A DNA stretch of 63,250 bases, counting the filler, from Reclinomonas americana ATCC 50394 (Eukaryota), in assembly GCA_048213135.1 (NCBI GenBank). It is 8 parts of 3 records of this genome, joined end to end, with 100 filler letters (N's around TTAATTAATTAA, not from the genome) between each part and the next. Parts side by side here need not be neighbours in the genome. Positions count along the whole stretch, not along the records: positions 1 to 18,863 come from PS015809.1; 7 more parts are not named here. One strand, written 5' to 3'. Shown in pieces: positions 1 through 11,972 of this stretch. Both the position numbers and the translations under genes were made by a program. The number at the start of each line of letters is the position of its first letter. The first letter of the stretch is position 1. The notes under the pieces are model-generated. The model did not search any database. It was not told the DNA's origin and was given only the letters and a program-made list of their open reading frames with translations.

Positions 1-31
<31 letters not shown>

Positions 32-82
32 GTGTGTGTCCTTCTCTCTCTCTCTCATTGTGTTTTCTCTGTACTTTTTTAG

Positions 83-1773
83 GACCTGGAACATATGAGG
101 CCAAGCCGACAGTGGGAGCGCCGGGAAAGCCGCGGTACACGCTGTCGGGACGCACAAAGTTCATCAAGAGTGATAAGACAGTGGGCCCAGGCGCATATGA
201 AGGTGAGGAAATGGAGGAGGAGGAGAGAGGGGCGCCAAAGGAGGGAGTGATTGTAGTGTGAGAGAGGAGGCCGTCTCCTTCTGAGTGTCTTGTGATCTTC
301 TGATAAGTCATGCGAGGGTCCACTGTGAGAAGCCGCCTTCAGAGACTCTACTGATCTTCTGATAAGTCAGGCGGAGTATTACTTAATGAGGAGTCCATTG
401 CGAGAAGCCGTCTCTTTCTGAGTGTCTGCTGATCTTGAAAAGTGAGGCGGAGAATTGCTTCATGGAGGTCCACTGTTAGAGAGGAAGGAAACGAGTGTCT
501 GCTGATTGTGATAAGTGAGGCGGAGAATTGACTTTTTGTTGTCTCCTTCTGAGTGTCTGATGGGTCTTGGGAAGTGAGGCGGAGAATTGACGTCATGAGC
601 GTCCACTGTGCATTGTTAGAGTGGAAGCCGCTTCCTTATGAGAGAACTGATCTTGAAAGGTGGGGCGGAGAATTGTCGTCATGAGACCTGCACTGGTAGA
701 GAGAAGCCATCCCTCTTCTTCTTCTGCGTGTTACTGATCGTGATACAGGAGAGTGGACGTCCTTAGGCGCATTGCGTTGTTTAAGAGAGGATGCTGTCTC
801 CTTGGGTGTGAGCTAGCGAGGCGGAGATCTGAGGCTGAGAGAGGAGAATTAGGGTTTGAGAAGTCATTTTCTCCTTGCGATAAGTGCGACGGAGAATTGT
901 CATCAGGAGTGCATTATGTTAGAGAGAACGCTGTCTCCTGTTGCGTGTGAGCCGATACGTGAGGCGGAGAATCGACTTTCGTGGTGTCTCCAACAATCCT
1001 TTCAATCACACAATGTTGATGTCACACCTTTATCTGCAGTGAAATCTTTGACGTTCTTGGATCTCACCCTTGCTTTCCCGAACCCGCACAGCCAAGCCCA
1101 ACCAGACGGGACCCAAGTTCACCATGCGACCAAAGACCAAGGGCAACAAGTCCGACAACATACCTGGACCGGGAACGTATGATCAGAGTTGCGGCACTGG
1201 GCACAGCTGCTTCTCCTTCCTCTGCCTCTGCTTCCAACTTCCCCTCTCACCACGTCCCCCCCTCCCACTGCAGAGGTCACGGGTCACACGACACCCAAGT
1301 GGACGCTGGCGGCGCGAATCTCGATTGCCGACAAGGAGCGATCGCCGGGACCGGCCAAGTACGAGGCCGAGGCCAACAGGCTCAAGCCGCGCGATCCGGC
1401 CTACACCATGCGTGCCAAGTTCCCCATCAAGGGTGCGTGTGTGCGTTTTCTCGCATTGTCGGCAATGATGAGAGCGGAACTCACTCTCCTTTTTTGTTCG
1501 CACAGACATGCCGAATCCAACGGGTCCGGGTCAGTATGAGCCCAAGGCATACGTCGGCACCGACACTCCCAAGTACACCATGCGGTCTGTCTGTCAGTCT
1601 CACTCGTCACCTCTCCCATGTGACACGCGCACTGACACCCTCCTGCGTGTGCACGCAGACCACGAGTGGGCACGGAAAAGCCAAACACGATGCCGGCACC
1701 GGGAGCGTACACGCCACAACCTGCTGTGGTGCTCCCGAAGAGCCCTCAGTTCGGATTCGGAACTTCGACCTGA
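83..1773 (+). CDS. ODF3-like SHIPPO-repeat (PGP-repeat) axonemal protein, 5'-partial, multi-exon
   Basis: Repeated PGPG-x-Y motifs (GPGTYE, VGPGAYE, IPGPGTYD, SPGPAKYE, TGPGQYE, PAPGAY) separated by P-K-[YFW]-T-[ML] motifs. Exons join in frame across GT-AG introns such as 203-1091 and 1188-1273; TGA at 1771-1773. Confidence 0.85.
260..975. repeat. Degenerate intronic minisatellite, units of about 60-90 bp
   Basis: Recurring cores (A)AGTGAGGCGGAGAATTG, CTGAGTGTCTG and CTGATCTT inside the long intron of the ODF3-like gene. Confidence 0.75.
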
Positions 1774-1938
1774 GCGGAAACAGAGAGCCTCCCCGTCACC
1801 CTGTACATCGCCCGCGCGAAGTGCCAGTAGGGTTAATCCTCTGGTGCCGCCGATAAATTGAATGAAGTACACTGCGTGTGTGCGTGAAACGACCTGCCTT
1901 ATTCATTCGAGCAGATTTAAACAAGTTGTGCAAACAAA

Positions 1939-4656
1939 TCAATCGTCCGTCTCCCACTCTTGCATGCGACTCTCCACATCCACCGGCGACATCACCGTCA
2001 CCACCGGCACATGAATCTCGGCACTCATTCGCCGGCCAACGGGTGACGCTAGCGCTGCTACTGTAGCTGGAGTGGTCGCTGGTTTTGCGGAGGCCGGACG
2101 ACCCACTTGTGCCTGGGACGGTGGTCGACTGGCCGCGGGCGATCGCGGTGCAGTCGCCCGTGACGGAGGCCGCACCGTCGACGCTTGCGACGGCGACCGC
2201 GCCGTGTCCATGCGGAATCGCGGATCGACTACGTCATCCTCGCCATCCTCGCCACCACCAGCGGCGCGCTCATCCTCTTCTCCCTCCGTGGACTGCAGTC
2301 AAAAATACAGAGTGAGGGGGGACAGTATGCACGAACGAAACCGTCACACAAACGACGAACCCCATGCTCTGGATCCTCGAGAATCGTGGCCGTGCGCTTT
2401 ACCTCAGCGTCGTTGTTGTGCCGATAGTCTTCGGGTCGTCGCGCCACTGGGTCCATGAGCTTCTTGTGTGTCTCAATGAAACTCAGCACCTTTTTCGCAT
2501 CGTGCGCGCGATCCTTGGCCAGCATGTCGAGGATCACTTGCCGCCTCGTGTCCCGCGGTGCCGCTGGATCAATCAGTACGGCACGCGGTGGGGGCGGTGG
2601 TGGCTGCGGGGCGGTCGCCGACAGAGGTGATGGACCACGAGCTGCACACAAGCCATGAAAAAGTCAGCAGATGAGCTGACGATGTGAGAGAGAGTGTCAA
2701 CCAACCTGACTGCGACCCGGTCGGCAACGACGCCGACAAGCCTGTGCGGGATCGAGGGGTGTAGCGCGCCGTGAGAGGCGCCGCACGCATGGCATTGGCG
2801 GTGGTCCGTGGTGTCATGCGATCGGCGCTGGAGGCGGCCCCCGGAAGCGCCGGTGTGGCCGCGGCGGCAGGAATGAGGATCTCGGTCGCCGACGTCTTGC
2901 GCTGAGGAGAAACGGCGCGTGCGTCAGGTGGCGACGCGGAGCGCGAATGGTGGCTCTTGGGACTCATCAGCCCCATGGAACTCAGTTGGTCAGCGGTCTG
3001 CGACACACGCGGTGAGAGTCAACACAGGGCAATCGAAAAAACACAAGGCCNNNNNNNNNNNNNNNNNNNNNNNNNNNNNNNNNNNNNNNNNNNNNNNNNN
3101 NNNNNNNNNNNNNNNNNNNNNNNNNNNNNNNNNNNNNNNNNNNNNNNNNNNNNNNNNNNNNNNNNNNNNNNNNNNNNNNNNNNNNNNNNNNNNNNNNNNN
3201 NNNNNNNNNNNNNNNNNNNNNNNNNNNNNNNNNNNNNNNNNNNNNNNNNNNNNNNNNNNNNNNNNNNNNNNNNNNNNNNNNNNNNNNNNNNNNNNNNNNN
3301 NNNNNNNNNNNNNNNNNNNNNNNNNNNNNNNNNNNNNNNNNNNNNNNNNNNNNNNNNNNNNNNNNNNNNNNNNNNNNNNNNNNNNNNNNNNNNNNNNNNN
3401 NNNNNNNNNNNNNNNNNNNNNNNNNNNNNNNNNNNNNNNNNNNNNNNNNNNNNNNNNNNNNNNNNNNNNNNNNNNNNNNNNNNNNNNNNNNNNNNNNNNN
3501 NNNNNNNNNNNNNNNNNNNNNNNNNNNNNNNNNNNNNNNNNNNNNNNNNNNNNNNNNNNNNNNNNNNNNNNNNNNNNNNNNNNNNNNNNNNNNNNNNNNN
3601 NNNNNNNNNNNNNNNNNNNNNNNNNNNNNNNNNNNNNNNNNNNNNNNNNNNNNNNNNNNNNNNNNNNNNNNNNNNNNNNNNNNNNNNNNNNNNNNNNNNN
3701 NNNNNNNNNNNNNNNNNNNNNNNNNNNNNNNNNNNNNNNNNNNNNNNNNNNNNNNNNNNNNNNNNNNNNNNNNNNNNNNNNNNNNNNNNNNNNNNNNNNN
3801 NNNNNNNNNNNNTGTGTCACACAGCTCCTCCTCGCTTGAACCCCCCCTTGTTCCGTCGGCCACGTTTCCGCTGAATGGCAGATAGTTTGCGATATGTCAT
3901 CCACGACGATGCCCCTGCTGGGGGCTTGACGCGAGCGCGACAGATGGATCTGACAGCATTTGGTGGTGTTGGTGTTGGTGGGAGTGCAAGTTCGGCGGCA
4001 GCGGGTGTGCTACCGGCGGTGATGCTGACGGCGACAGTCAGCGAGGGATCGTCAGAGTCGGGCGGATCGGCGGGCTCTCCGGGATCGGCGGGATCGTCAT
4101 CGGTCGACTCGACATCGTCGATGTTGCCGGGTGTAGGCGGCGCAGTTGTCATGATATCAGCCGCCGGCAAGTTTGAGCCTGAGCACCAGGTACACACGCC
4201 ATGCTCACAGGCCGCAGTGTCGAAAGCACGTGTTAACACATTGTGTTTTTCTTCGCGTGCAGGGACACTATCTTTGCCAGGCGTGCACCGAGGACACCAT
4301 GGCCGTGTTGCTCCGAAAGGCACTGGAGAAACGCAGTCGACGTGTGCGATCGAAAGAGATGCAAGCGGCTGGGCAGTCAGCGACTGTGCAGCACGCACCG
4401 GGATTGCCGGTTCGTGTGGGGTCCGCATTTGACCCCCTCCCCTCATTGCATATGCTCACACGGAGCATTGTGCGCCCACAGATGGGTGCGAAGCCGCAAG
4501 GGATGCGCCGCATCGAGACGCCAGCGACGTCGTTTGTGGCGACTTGCTGAGCTGGTCGATGTGGATGTTGTCGTGGTGGTTGGCTTGCTGCTGCGGTGCT
4601 GGTGGTGGTGGTGGTGGTGGTGGTGGTGGCTGTGTTGTTGTGGAATCGGTTGTCAT
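1939..4656 (-). CDS. Hypothetical low-complexity S/P/A-rich protein, multi-exon, interrupted by an N gap
   Basis: Chain of GC-rich minus-strand exon-like segments (e.g. RRQVILDMLAKDRAHDAKKVLSFIETHKK; MDTARSPSQAST...TGA at 1939). No recognisable domain; start uncertain. Confidence 0.4.
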
Positions 4657-5298
4657 TGTTGTTGGTGCATATGCCAGGTCACGAGAGCGCGTCGGCGGTG
4701 GGGCGGCGAGGAGCAGCGCGTTGATTGTGCCTGCCTTTGCCGCTCCTGCTGCGTGTTCGCGCACACTTGTGGCGTTGGCGATCTGTGTGGACGGTCTCTG
4801 TTGCTGTGTTGTTCCTGTTTATTTTCCGTCCCGTTTGATCGCTCTCCGGCTGTGTGGTCGGTGCGCGTGAGAAGAAGAGAAAGCGCCTGTGTCTCTGTGT
4901 GTGCGAGCGAGTGCGCGTGTGTTTCACAGTGTCTGTGGAGTTTCCGAATTGGTTGCTGGACTTGCAGTTGGGCCTTTTTTGCTGTGCCCGGCTGCCGTCG
5001 CAGCACCGACTCTTGTCTCCGCACGCTCTCTGTTTCCACGCCACTCTCTCGTTCACCGCAGACGGGCGTCCTCAATGCGCTCACCGTCCCACTGTACCCT
5101 TCCCTCCTCATCCACTCACTCATTCATCCCCCTCCCCTCCCGCTCTACGGGCTAATACCATGTACACCCTCTCTTTCTCCTGCTCTCTCTCTCTACCTCC
5201 TCACTTGTTTGTTTGTTGGGCCCTCTGGCCGTGGCTTGTATCAAGTCTCTGCGCATCTTGTGGATATAAAGAAGTTTCCATTATTTTCGTTCAATCAG

Positions 5299-6992
5299 GA
5301 GAGCAACCAATGGTGGCGATTGTGTTTGCGCTCGGCCTCGCCGTGTACGGCTACTGGCGACGCAGTCTGTCGCTCTCTGGCGCCTTTGCGGCCTTCTTTG
5401 TTGCGCGCGCGCGTTTGTGTGTGCGTGTGTGAGAGAGAAGAGAAGACACTGAGAACGAGTTGTCAAACAGGTCGGCCTCATCACACTGGCCTCGGGTCTC
5501 GTCAAGGGCCTCATGCTGGCCCTCTTCTTCCTCTCCAGCTCGCAACTCACCAAGTTCAAGGCCAGCATCAAGAAGAAGCTGGAGCCCGAGTTCAAAGAAG
5601 GTCTCTCTCTCTCTCTCACCCATTCTCTTGCGCATCTCTCACTCTCACTGCAGGTGGTCAGCGCACATGGGTTCAAGTGGTCTCCAATGGCGGTTTCGCC
5701 ACACTCTTGTGCCTCGTGCACGCGTCGCTGTTTGCGGGGCGAGAGTTCTACTTGGACGCGGAGAGGAGACCTGTGCAGACGTTCCTCGCCTGTGCCTTCC
5801 TCGGGTCTGTCTCTCTGGTGTGTGTGTGTGTGAGTGAGTTGTTAGTGCTCATGTTGTGTGTCTCAGGCACTATGCATGCGCGTGTGCGGACACGTGGGCC
5901 AGTGAGATTGGCATTCTGTCAAAGAGCGATCCCGTGCTCGTCACCAACTTTGTGTCGGTGCCTGCGGGCACCAATGGTGCTGTGTCGCCACTGGGCACGT
6001 TGACTACTGCTGTGGGCGTTGCGTCTCTCATTCTATCAGGCGTGACTGCTTGACTTGCTTGATTGGTTCACGTTGCGTGGCGCTGTTGACAGGGTACCTT
6101 CCTCGGCTTCTTCTTCTATGTTGGCACGCTGTTGTTTTGCCAGTCGCAGGGCAATGAGCCGGCGCAGTGGCCCATTATCTTGTTTGCCACGGCGGCGGGC
6201 GTGCTGGGGTCGCTGGTACGTCTTTCTCTTCGTCTTCTCTTTCATGTCCTTCTTCTCTTTCCTGTTCTCCTTCTTGTTGGTGATATTGTTCTTCTTCTTC
6301 TCTTCCAGTTCCTCCTCCTTCTTGCTCTTGTTCTTCTTCTTCTTCTTCTTCTCTTCCTTCTCCTTCTTCTTCTCCCTTTCTTCTATTCCATCTCCTCTTT
6401 CTTCTTCTGCTCCTTGCTCTCCTTTTTGCTGTTCTCATCCTTCTCCCTGTCTTATACTCCATCTCCTTCTCCTTCTTTTCCTCCCTTTCTATTCCATCTC
6501 CTTCGCATCCTTCTTCTTCTCCTTGTCTTCCTCTAGTTCTTGCCTTTGTTCTCACCCTGCTCTTCTTCTTCTCCTCCTTCTCCCTCTTGGTCTCCTTCTT
6601 GTTGTTCCCTTTCATGTCCTTCTTCTCCTTCTAATCCTTCTCCTCCTCCTTGTCTTCCTTCTGCGTCACCCTCCTGTTCATGTTTTTGTTCTCACCCTGC
6701 TCTTCTCCCTCTTCTCCCTTCTTCGTTTGTTGGCAGATTGATTCGATCCTGGGAGCCACGGTGCAGTACAGCGGATGGGACGTGCACGCGGAACGCGTGG
6801 TGTACCGCCCGGCGCCGCACGTGCGCACTCTGTGTGGCATGGACTTGCTCGACAATCACCAAGTGCGATCTCGAACATGTCTGCTTCTTTCTTGTGCTGG
6901 TCACTCATGATCCTCGCTCTCTGTAGGTGAACTTTGTCGCCAACACCGTCACCTCGCTCCTCGCGGGTGTGGCGTCGCTGTGGATATTCTGA
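5299..6992 (+). CDS. TMEM19: TMEM19 / DUF92 family membrane protein
   Basis: Spliced motifs [71 protein letters not shown] and LLDNHQVN; TGA at 6990-6992. The true 5' end is uncertain. Confidence 0.92.
6216..6736 (+). repeat. Polypyrimidine (CTT/CT-rich) intron of TMEM19
   Basis: About 520 nt that are almost entirely C/T on the sense strand, bounded by GTACGT...CAG. Confidence 0.85.
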
Positions 6993-7097
6993 AGCGCCGG
7001 CAGCCACGGAAGTGAAAAGAGGATAATTTTATGCTGGCGCGTTGGCCTCTATACACACAATACGCAGCGTGACAGGTGGGAAAGCAAACACGCACTC

Positions 7098-8779
7098 TCA
7101 GCGATCCTCCAGCACCAGACGGTTGAAGGGATGATCGTCCTCGTGGTACTCCCTGTCGCGGGGACGAACCACGAGCACCGAGCAGGGACTGTGAAGGACA
7201 CGAGTGAGCAGCTGGCGGAAAAGAAAAGATACGTGTTTCGGCGCAACGAATGGTGAACGAGCCAGTCCGACGTGCTGTGCATGCGTTGAGCACTCTTATC
7301 GGGAGGAGACAACAAATAGAAGGCACACACACAAACCTGCCGGCTGTCAGCTTCTTCATTCCACTGTGCACGCAAAAGGTGAGATGGAGTGCGGCGATCG
7401 AAGGCACGGGTATTGAAAACACGCAACGTGACACCGCGAGCGCCAACCACAATAATGTCAACGCTGTCGTTCTCGGCAACTTGCGCCAGAGCCTCTCGCG
7501 GGTTCTTTGACGGAATGACCTGCCACAACAACCAGCAGCGTGAGGGCAGAGATGGCATACAAAGCCTTCTTCCAATACGAAGCCAACCTTCTTGCGCAGC
7601 TCAATCTCGAGACGCTTGCGACCCATCATACGCTGCGCATAAGGCGACAAGGTGTGAGTGTGACCACAAACATCGCGCTATCCAGAACAGTGAGGGTCGA
7701 CGCAACGTTCATGCGAAACTCGGCCATCATCAGCAGCCGTCCCATGTGTCTAATATCCTTGGTCGACGCCTGCCACACTCCCATCAGCACCGGCAATGCA
7801 CCACAGCGGACAGACAAAGACGCGCACCTGAAACTCGCGGCTCTCGCTCAGCCACAGCGGCGGCTCAATGGACACACGCGGACTGGCGGCCGGACTCGCC
7901 GCCGCACTCGACGATCGCGAACTCACTGCACCCGCACAGCCACGTCAGTCTCTTTACCAGAGTGAAAACCACAAGAAGACAAGTAAAAAAGACCTCGCGG
8001 TTCCGATGCCGATGCCGACACAGGCGACAAGAACGACGACGACGGCTGCGAGCGCACATCTGGCAACGACGCCGACGCCAGCTGCAGGTGCTCATCCAAG
8101 TCGGCCTCGATCGCCGCCAGATCCGCCTTGAAATCCGACAACTGTGCACATGGAGCGTAATAAACAACTCCGTCGCCGCCGCGCGCCTGTTTTCCGATCA
8201 GCACACTTGCCTCGATGAGCTTCACAAAGCCCGCGTCACTGGGACCAGCCTGCAGTCACCACACAGACGCATGAGACCAATGTGTGCGAAATACTTTCTT
8301 GCCTGATTGCGACAAACCACATGCGGTCGCTTTGGTGGTTTGCACACGCCCACCAGCTGCACAGTGTCGCCTGCGCGAGGAAAGAAGTATCAGTCAAACT
8401 TGCCTCTTATCTCTCTCTCTCTCTCTGTGTGTACTCAGTTGACGTGCCTGGCTGCACAATAGTCGCACATCGCTGCGTTGTTCGAAAAGGATGTGTTAGC
8501 AAGATTCTCGATGCGAGAAAGCGAACGTCTGAGAGTGAGTGAGTGAGCGAGAGAGTGACTTGCCTCTGCAGCGCGGTACTGTGCACCATTGCATAGACAG
8601 GGAGCACAGTGTGAGCGCAGAGAGAGAGAGAGCGTGAGAGAGAGCAAAAAACGAAACACTGTACGCGGATCCGTCGACGGCGACCCTGCGTGACAGCGTA
8701 TGAGTCACACACGCGCGCGCTCTCTCTCTCTCTCTCACAGACAGGGAGGCACTTGCAAACGCAACATGTAGTGCACCAT
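7098..8779 (-). CDS. Universal stress protein (USP/UspA domain) with an internal S/A-rich insertion
   Basis: Spliced product MVHYMVAVDGSAYSYRAAERCATIVQPGDTVQLVGVC...PREALAQVAENDSVDIIVVGARGVTGMKKLTAGSTSDWLVHHSPCSVLVVR carries the USP N- and C-terminal signatures, including G-x2-G-x9-G-S-T. Confidence 0.88.
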
Positions 8780-8893
8780 TCTCGTCGCGCAGAGAGTGAG
8801 GGGAAAAGGATGTGTCCTACCGTCCTCTCTGCGCATGATCCACCGACACCGACTGCAGTGAGTGTTGCTGTGAGCGCTGACCACTCGGCAACC

Positions 8894-11446
8894 ATGGAGA
8901 CCATTGCAATGAAGGAGGAGGAGGACGCGGTGCTGATGAAGCCGGAGAACGACTTCTCGTTGCGCAAACTTTTCCTCACTTACACTCTCATGCGTCTCTC
9001 TCTCTGTGCCACTCACACTGGTCGTGCTTGACCGGCTCACAGAGCAGAGACCACGGCACTGATCAGCGCACAGCGCGAGGCAGTCAAGTCTGTTGCGTTT
9101 GAACGAACTTGCACTCTTGTCGCACACAGAGAAGACAACAACCTCACACAAATGTGTGCGTTGTCCAGGGTGCCTCCATTGCATCGGCCATTGACACGCT
9201 GCTGGCGCAAGAGAAGAAGACGCGTTTGGTGAGTGTCACACACGGTGAAAGTNNNNNNNNNNNNNNNNNNNNNNNNNNNNNNNNNNNNNNNNNNNNNNNN
9301 NNNNNNNNNNNNNNNNNNNNNNNNNNNNNNNNNNNNNNNNNNNNNNNNNNNNNNNNNNNNNNNNNNNNNNNNNNNNNNNNNNNNNNNNNNNNNNNNNNNN
9401 NNNNNNNNNNNNNNNNNNNNNNNNNNNNNNNNNNNNNNNNNNNNNNNNNNNNNNNNNNNNNNNNNNNNNNNNNNNNNNNNNNNNNNNNNNNNNNNNNNNN
9501 NNNNNNNNNNNNNNNNNNNNNNNNNNNNNNNNNNNNNNNNNNNNNNNNNNNNNNNNNNNNNNNNNNNNNNNNNNNNNNNNNNNNNNNNNNNNNNNNNNNN
9601 NNNNNNNNNNNNNNNNNNNNNNNNNNNNNNNNNNNNNNNNNNNNNNNNNNNNNNNNNNNNNNNNNNNNNNNNNNNNNNNNNNNNNNNNNNNNNNNNNNNN
9701 NNNNNNNNNNNNNNNNNNNNNNNNNNNNNNNNNNNNNNNNNNNNNNNNNNNNNNNNNNNNNNNNNNNNNNNNNNNNNNNNNNNNNNNNNNNNNNNNNNNN
9801 NNNNNNNNNNNNNNNNNNNNNNNNNNNNNNNNNNNNNNNNNNNNNNNNNNNNNNNNNNNNNNNNNNNNNNNNNNNNNNNNNNNNNNNNNNNNNNNNNNNN
9901 NNNNNNNNNNNNNNNNNNNNNNNNNNNNNNNNNNNNNNNNNNNGATGCCGAGAGATGTGTGTCGGCTGCAGGTCTCATGTGCGTTTGCTTGTGTTGTTGT
10001 CGGGTAGGTGGAGACGTGCGGGTCGATGGAGCGTCGGGAGCGGTTCGAGTACATTCTGGAGCAGATGCGCATGTGTTTGGCGGCGCAGGAGTACGTGCGA
10101 GTGCAGCTGCTGTCGAAGAAGGTCGGCGCGCGTGCGCTGGGCGACAAGGAGTTCCAGGTGAGGGTGGGAGAGAGTGGAAGAGGGAGAGAGGGAGGGAGAG
10201 GAATACACGCACACACGCCCAACGACTGCGCATTCACACCCTCGTACATTCTTTCTCTCTCTTTCTCTCATTCTCCTTCTGACCATTTTTCGCACGTCTC
10301 GTGGCACGCAGGATCTGAAGGTCCGCTTCTACGAGCTGATGCTGCAGTACCACCTGCACCGCCGCTCGTTCCTCGACGTGTCGCGATCATACCAACACAT
10401 TTTCCACACGGACGTCGTGCAAGAGAACCAGGCTCAGTGGACCGAGGTATGTCGCGACGTGCACACGATCCCCACGAGTCGCGGGTATCTCACGTACATT
10501 TCGTTGGTGTGGTGCAGGCGTTGCGCAGCTGTGTGGTGTTTGCCATTCTGGCGCCGTTCGACTCGGAGCAGCTCGACTTGGTGTTGCGAATTCAGCAGGA
10601 GAAGAAGCTGCGCGAGCTGCCGTACTACCAGTTGCGCTCGCTTCTTTCCCCCCTTTGCTTGGTGCAGTCGTTTCCTCTTTTCTCACAACGGTGTGCAGGA
10701 ACATGCTGAAGAAGTACATTGATGACATTCTCGTGGACTTTGACACGGTGATGGCAGTGGATCCGGTCACTGGCGAGGGACCACACGCGGTGTTCTCGAG
10801 CATGGAGACCGGTGTCGAGTTCACTGACGAGCTGAGGAAACGCACCATTGAGCACGTGCGTGTGCGACCTGAAGCATTTTGGGGTTTCCCTGGTGATTTC
10901 TTCCTCCTAAATTCGGCGTGTCACACACAGAACGTCCGTGTGGTGGCCAAGTTCTATAAGCGCATACGAGTGGACCGACTGGCCTTCATCCTGGGCCTGA
11001 GCTCGGAAGCGACAGAGGAGTACGTGGCCAAGATGGTGTCTCTGAAGACCATCTACGCCAAGATCGACCGCATCGACGGCACCATCTCGTTTGTGCCGCC
11101 GACCACACCCGACCGTGTGCTCAGTTGCGTTTCCGTGTTGCAGCAAAGACCGTGTGGCGCAATGGTAGCGCAGCAGAGTTCTAATCTGTAGGCTGGGGGT
11201 TCGAGTCCCTCCATGGTCTCCTTCTTTTGTTGTCAGGGGGGTTTATGGTTGGGGGAGGTACAGTTGGACTCACTATTTTGATTTTTTGTGCCAAAAATAG
11301 ACGAGTGGAGCCGCAAGGTGTCGGATCTGCTGAGCTTGGTGGAGTCGAGCTGCCAGCTGATTAGCCGCGAGAACATGGTGTACAAGTTGGACGTGGACCC
11401 AGCCACCGCGGCAGCAGCAGCCGCCGCCGCCGCAGCCGCCGACTAG
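8894..11446 (+). CDS. RPN5: 26S proteasome lid subunit RPN5/PSMD12 (middle exons fall in an N gap)
   Basis: LLAQEKKTRL, VETCGSMERRERFEYILEQMR, ILAPFDSEQLDL, LRKRTIEHNVRVVAKFYKRI, IYAKIDRIDGTISF and VLNEWSRKVSDLL...QLISRENM; TAG at 11444-11446. Confidence 0.96.
11148..11219 (+). tRNA. tRNA-Arg (anticodon UCU) inside the last intron of RPN5
   Basis: Cloverleaf: acceptor GACCGTG/CATGGTC, D arm GCGC-AATGGTA-GCGC, anticodon arm GCAGA-GTTCTAA-TCTGT, T arm GGGGG-TTCGAGT-CCCTC. A and B boxes intact; TTTT just downstream. Confidence 0.85.
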
Positions 11447-11972
11447 AAAATTGTGCCCGATACTGACAAAAGGAGGAGGAGGCGGAGGCGGAGCGGAGAG
11501 GGTACGGGGGGTATCAACAAAAAGGGTGAAGAGTGAGGCGTGCTTGGATTAGTGAAGAGGGAATGGCGTGGAGAGGAAATGGTGTGGCGTCGCTTGACGA
11601 TCGAACTTCGGACGTCAGCGCCGAACATGCATGGTATGTTCGCTCGTTCGCTCCACGATGAAGGAGGCCGGCGAGACAGGGAATTGTGCAGGAGGAGGAT
11701 TCGTAGGTTTGGAGGGGCAGCCGATTCATCTCTTCCTTTTTCTCGCATGCATGGCGCGATGTGTGGAAGGACATACCGGCGTCGTTCCCGAATCGGCGAC
11801 GCACTATTGCCATCCCGCGGCGTACGCACACCCACGCAAAAGCAGCCATCTCAGAAAGCAACGAAAGAAAAAGGCAGAAAACAACACCCGCGGCCAAAAG
11901 AGCGTCGACATTACAAAGTCTGTCCGTTCCGTTTTAGGTGCGAAACTGCCATCACACCCACCAATCAGAAAA

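Noticed and set aside
260..975. CRISPR-like array
   Set aside because: The repeats are degenerate, the 'spacers' resemble each other, there are no cas genes, and it lies in a eukaryotic intron.
4243..6741. Long ORFs 4243-6003 (586 aa) and the F/S/L- or E/K/R-rich ORFs at 6055-6741
   Set aside because: These are chance read-throughs of stop-poor microsatellite and intron sequence, overlapping the real TMEM19 exons largely in other frames.
11173..11189. Reading the intronic tRNA as an amber suppressor (CUA anticodon)
   Set aside because: The CUA register gives only 3 of 5 stem pairs, while the UCU register gives 5 of 5. TAG is also used as a normal stop (RPN5, SelO-like gene).
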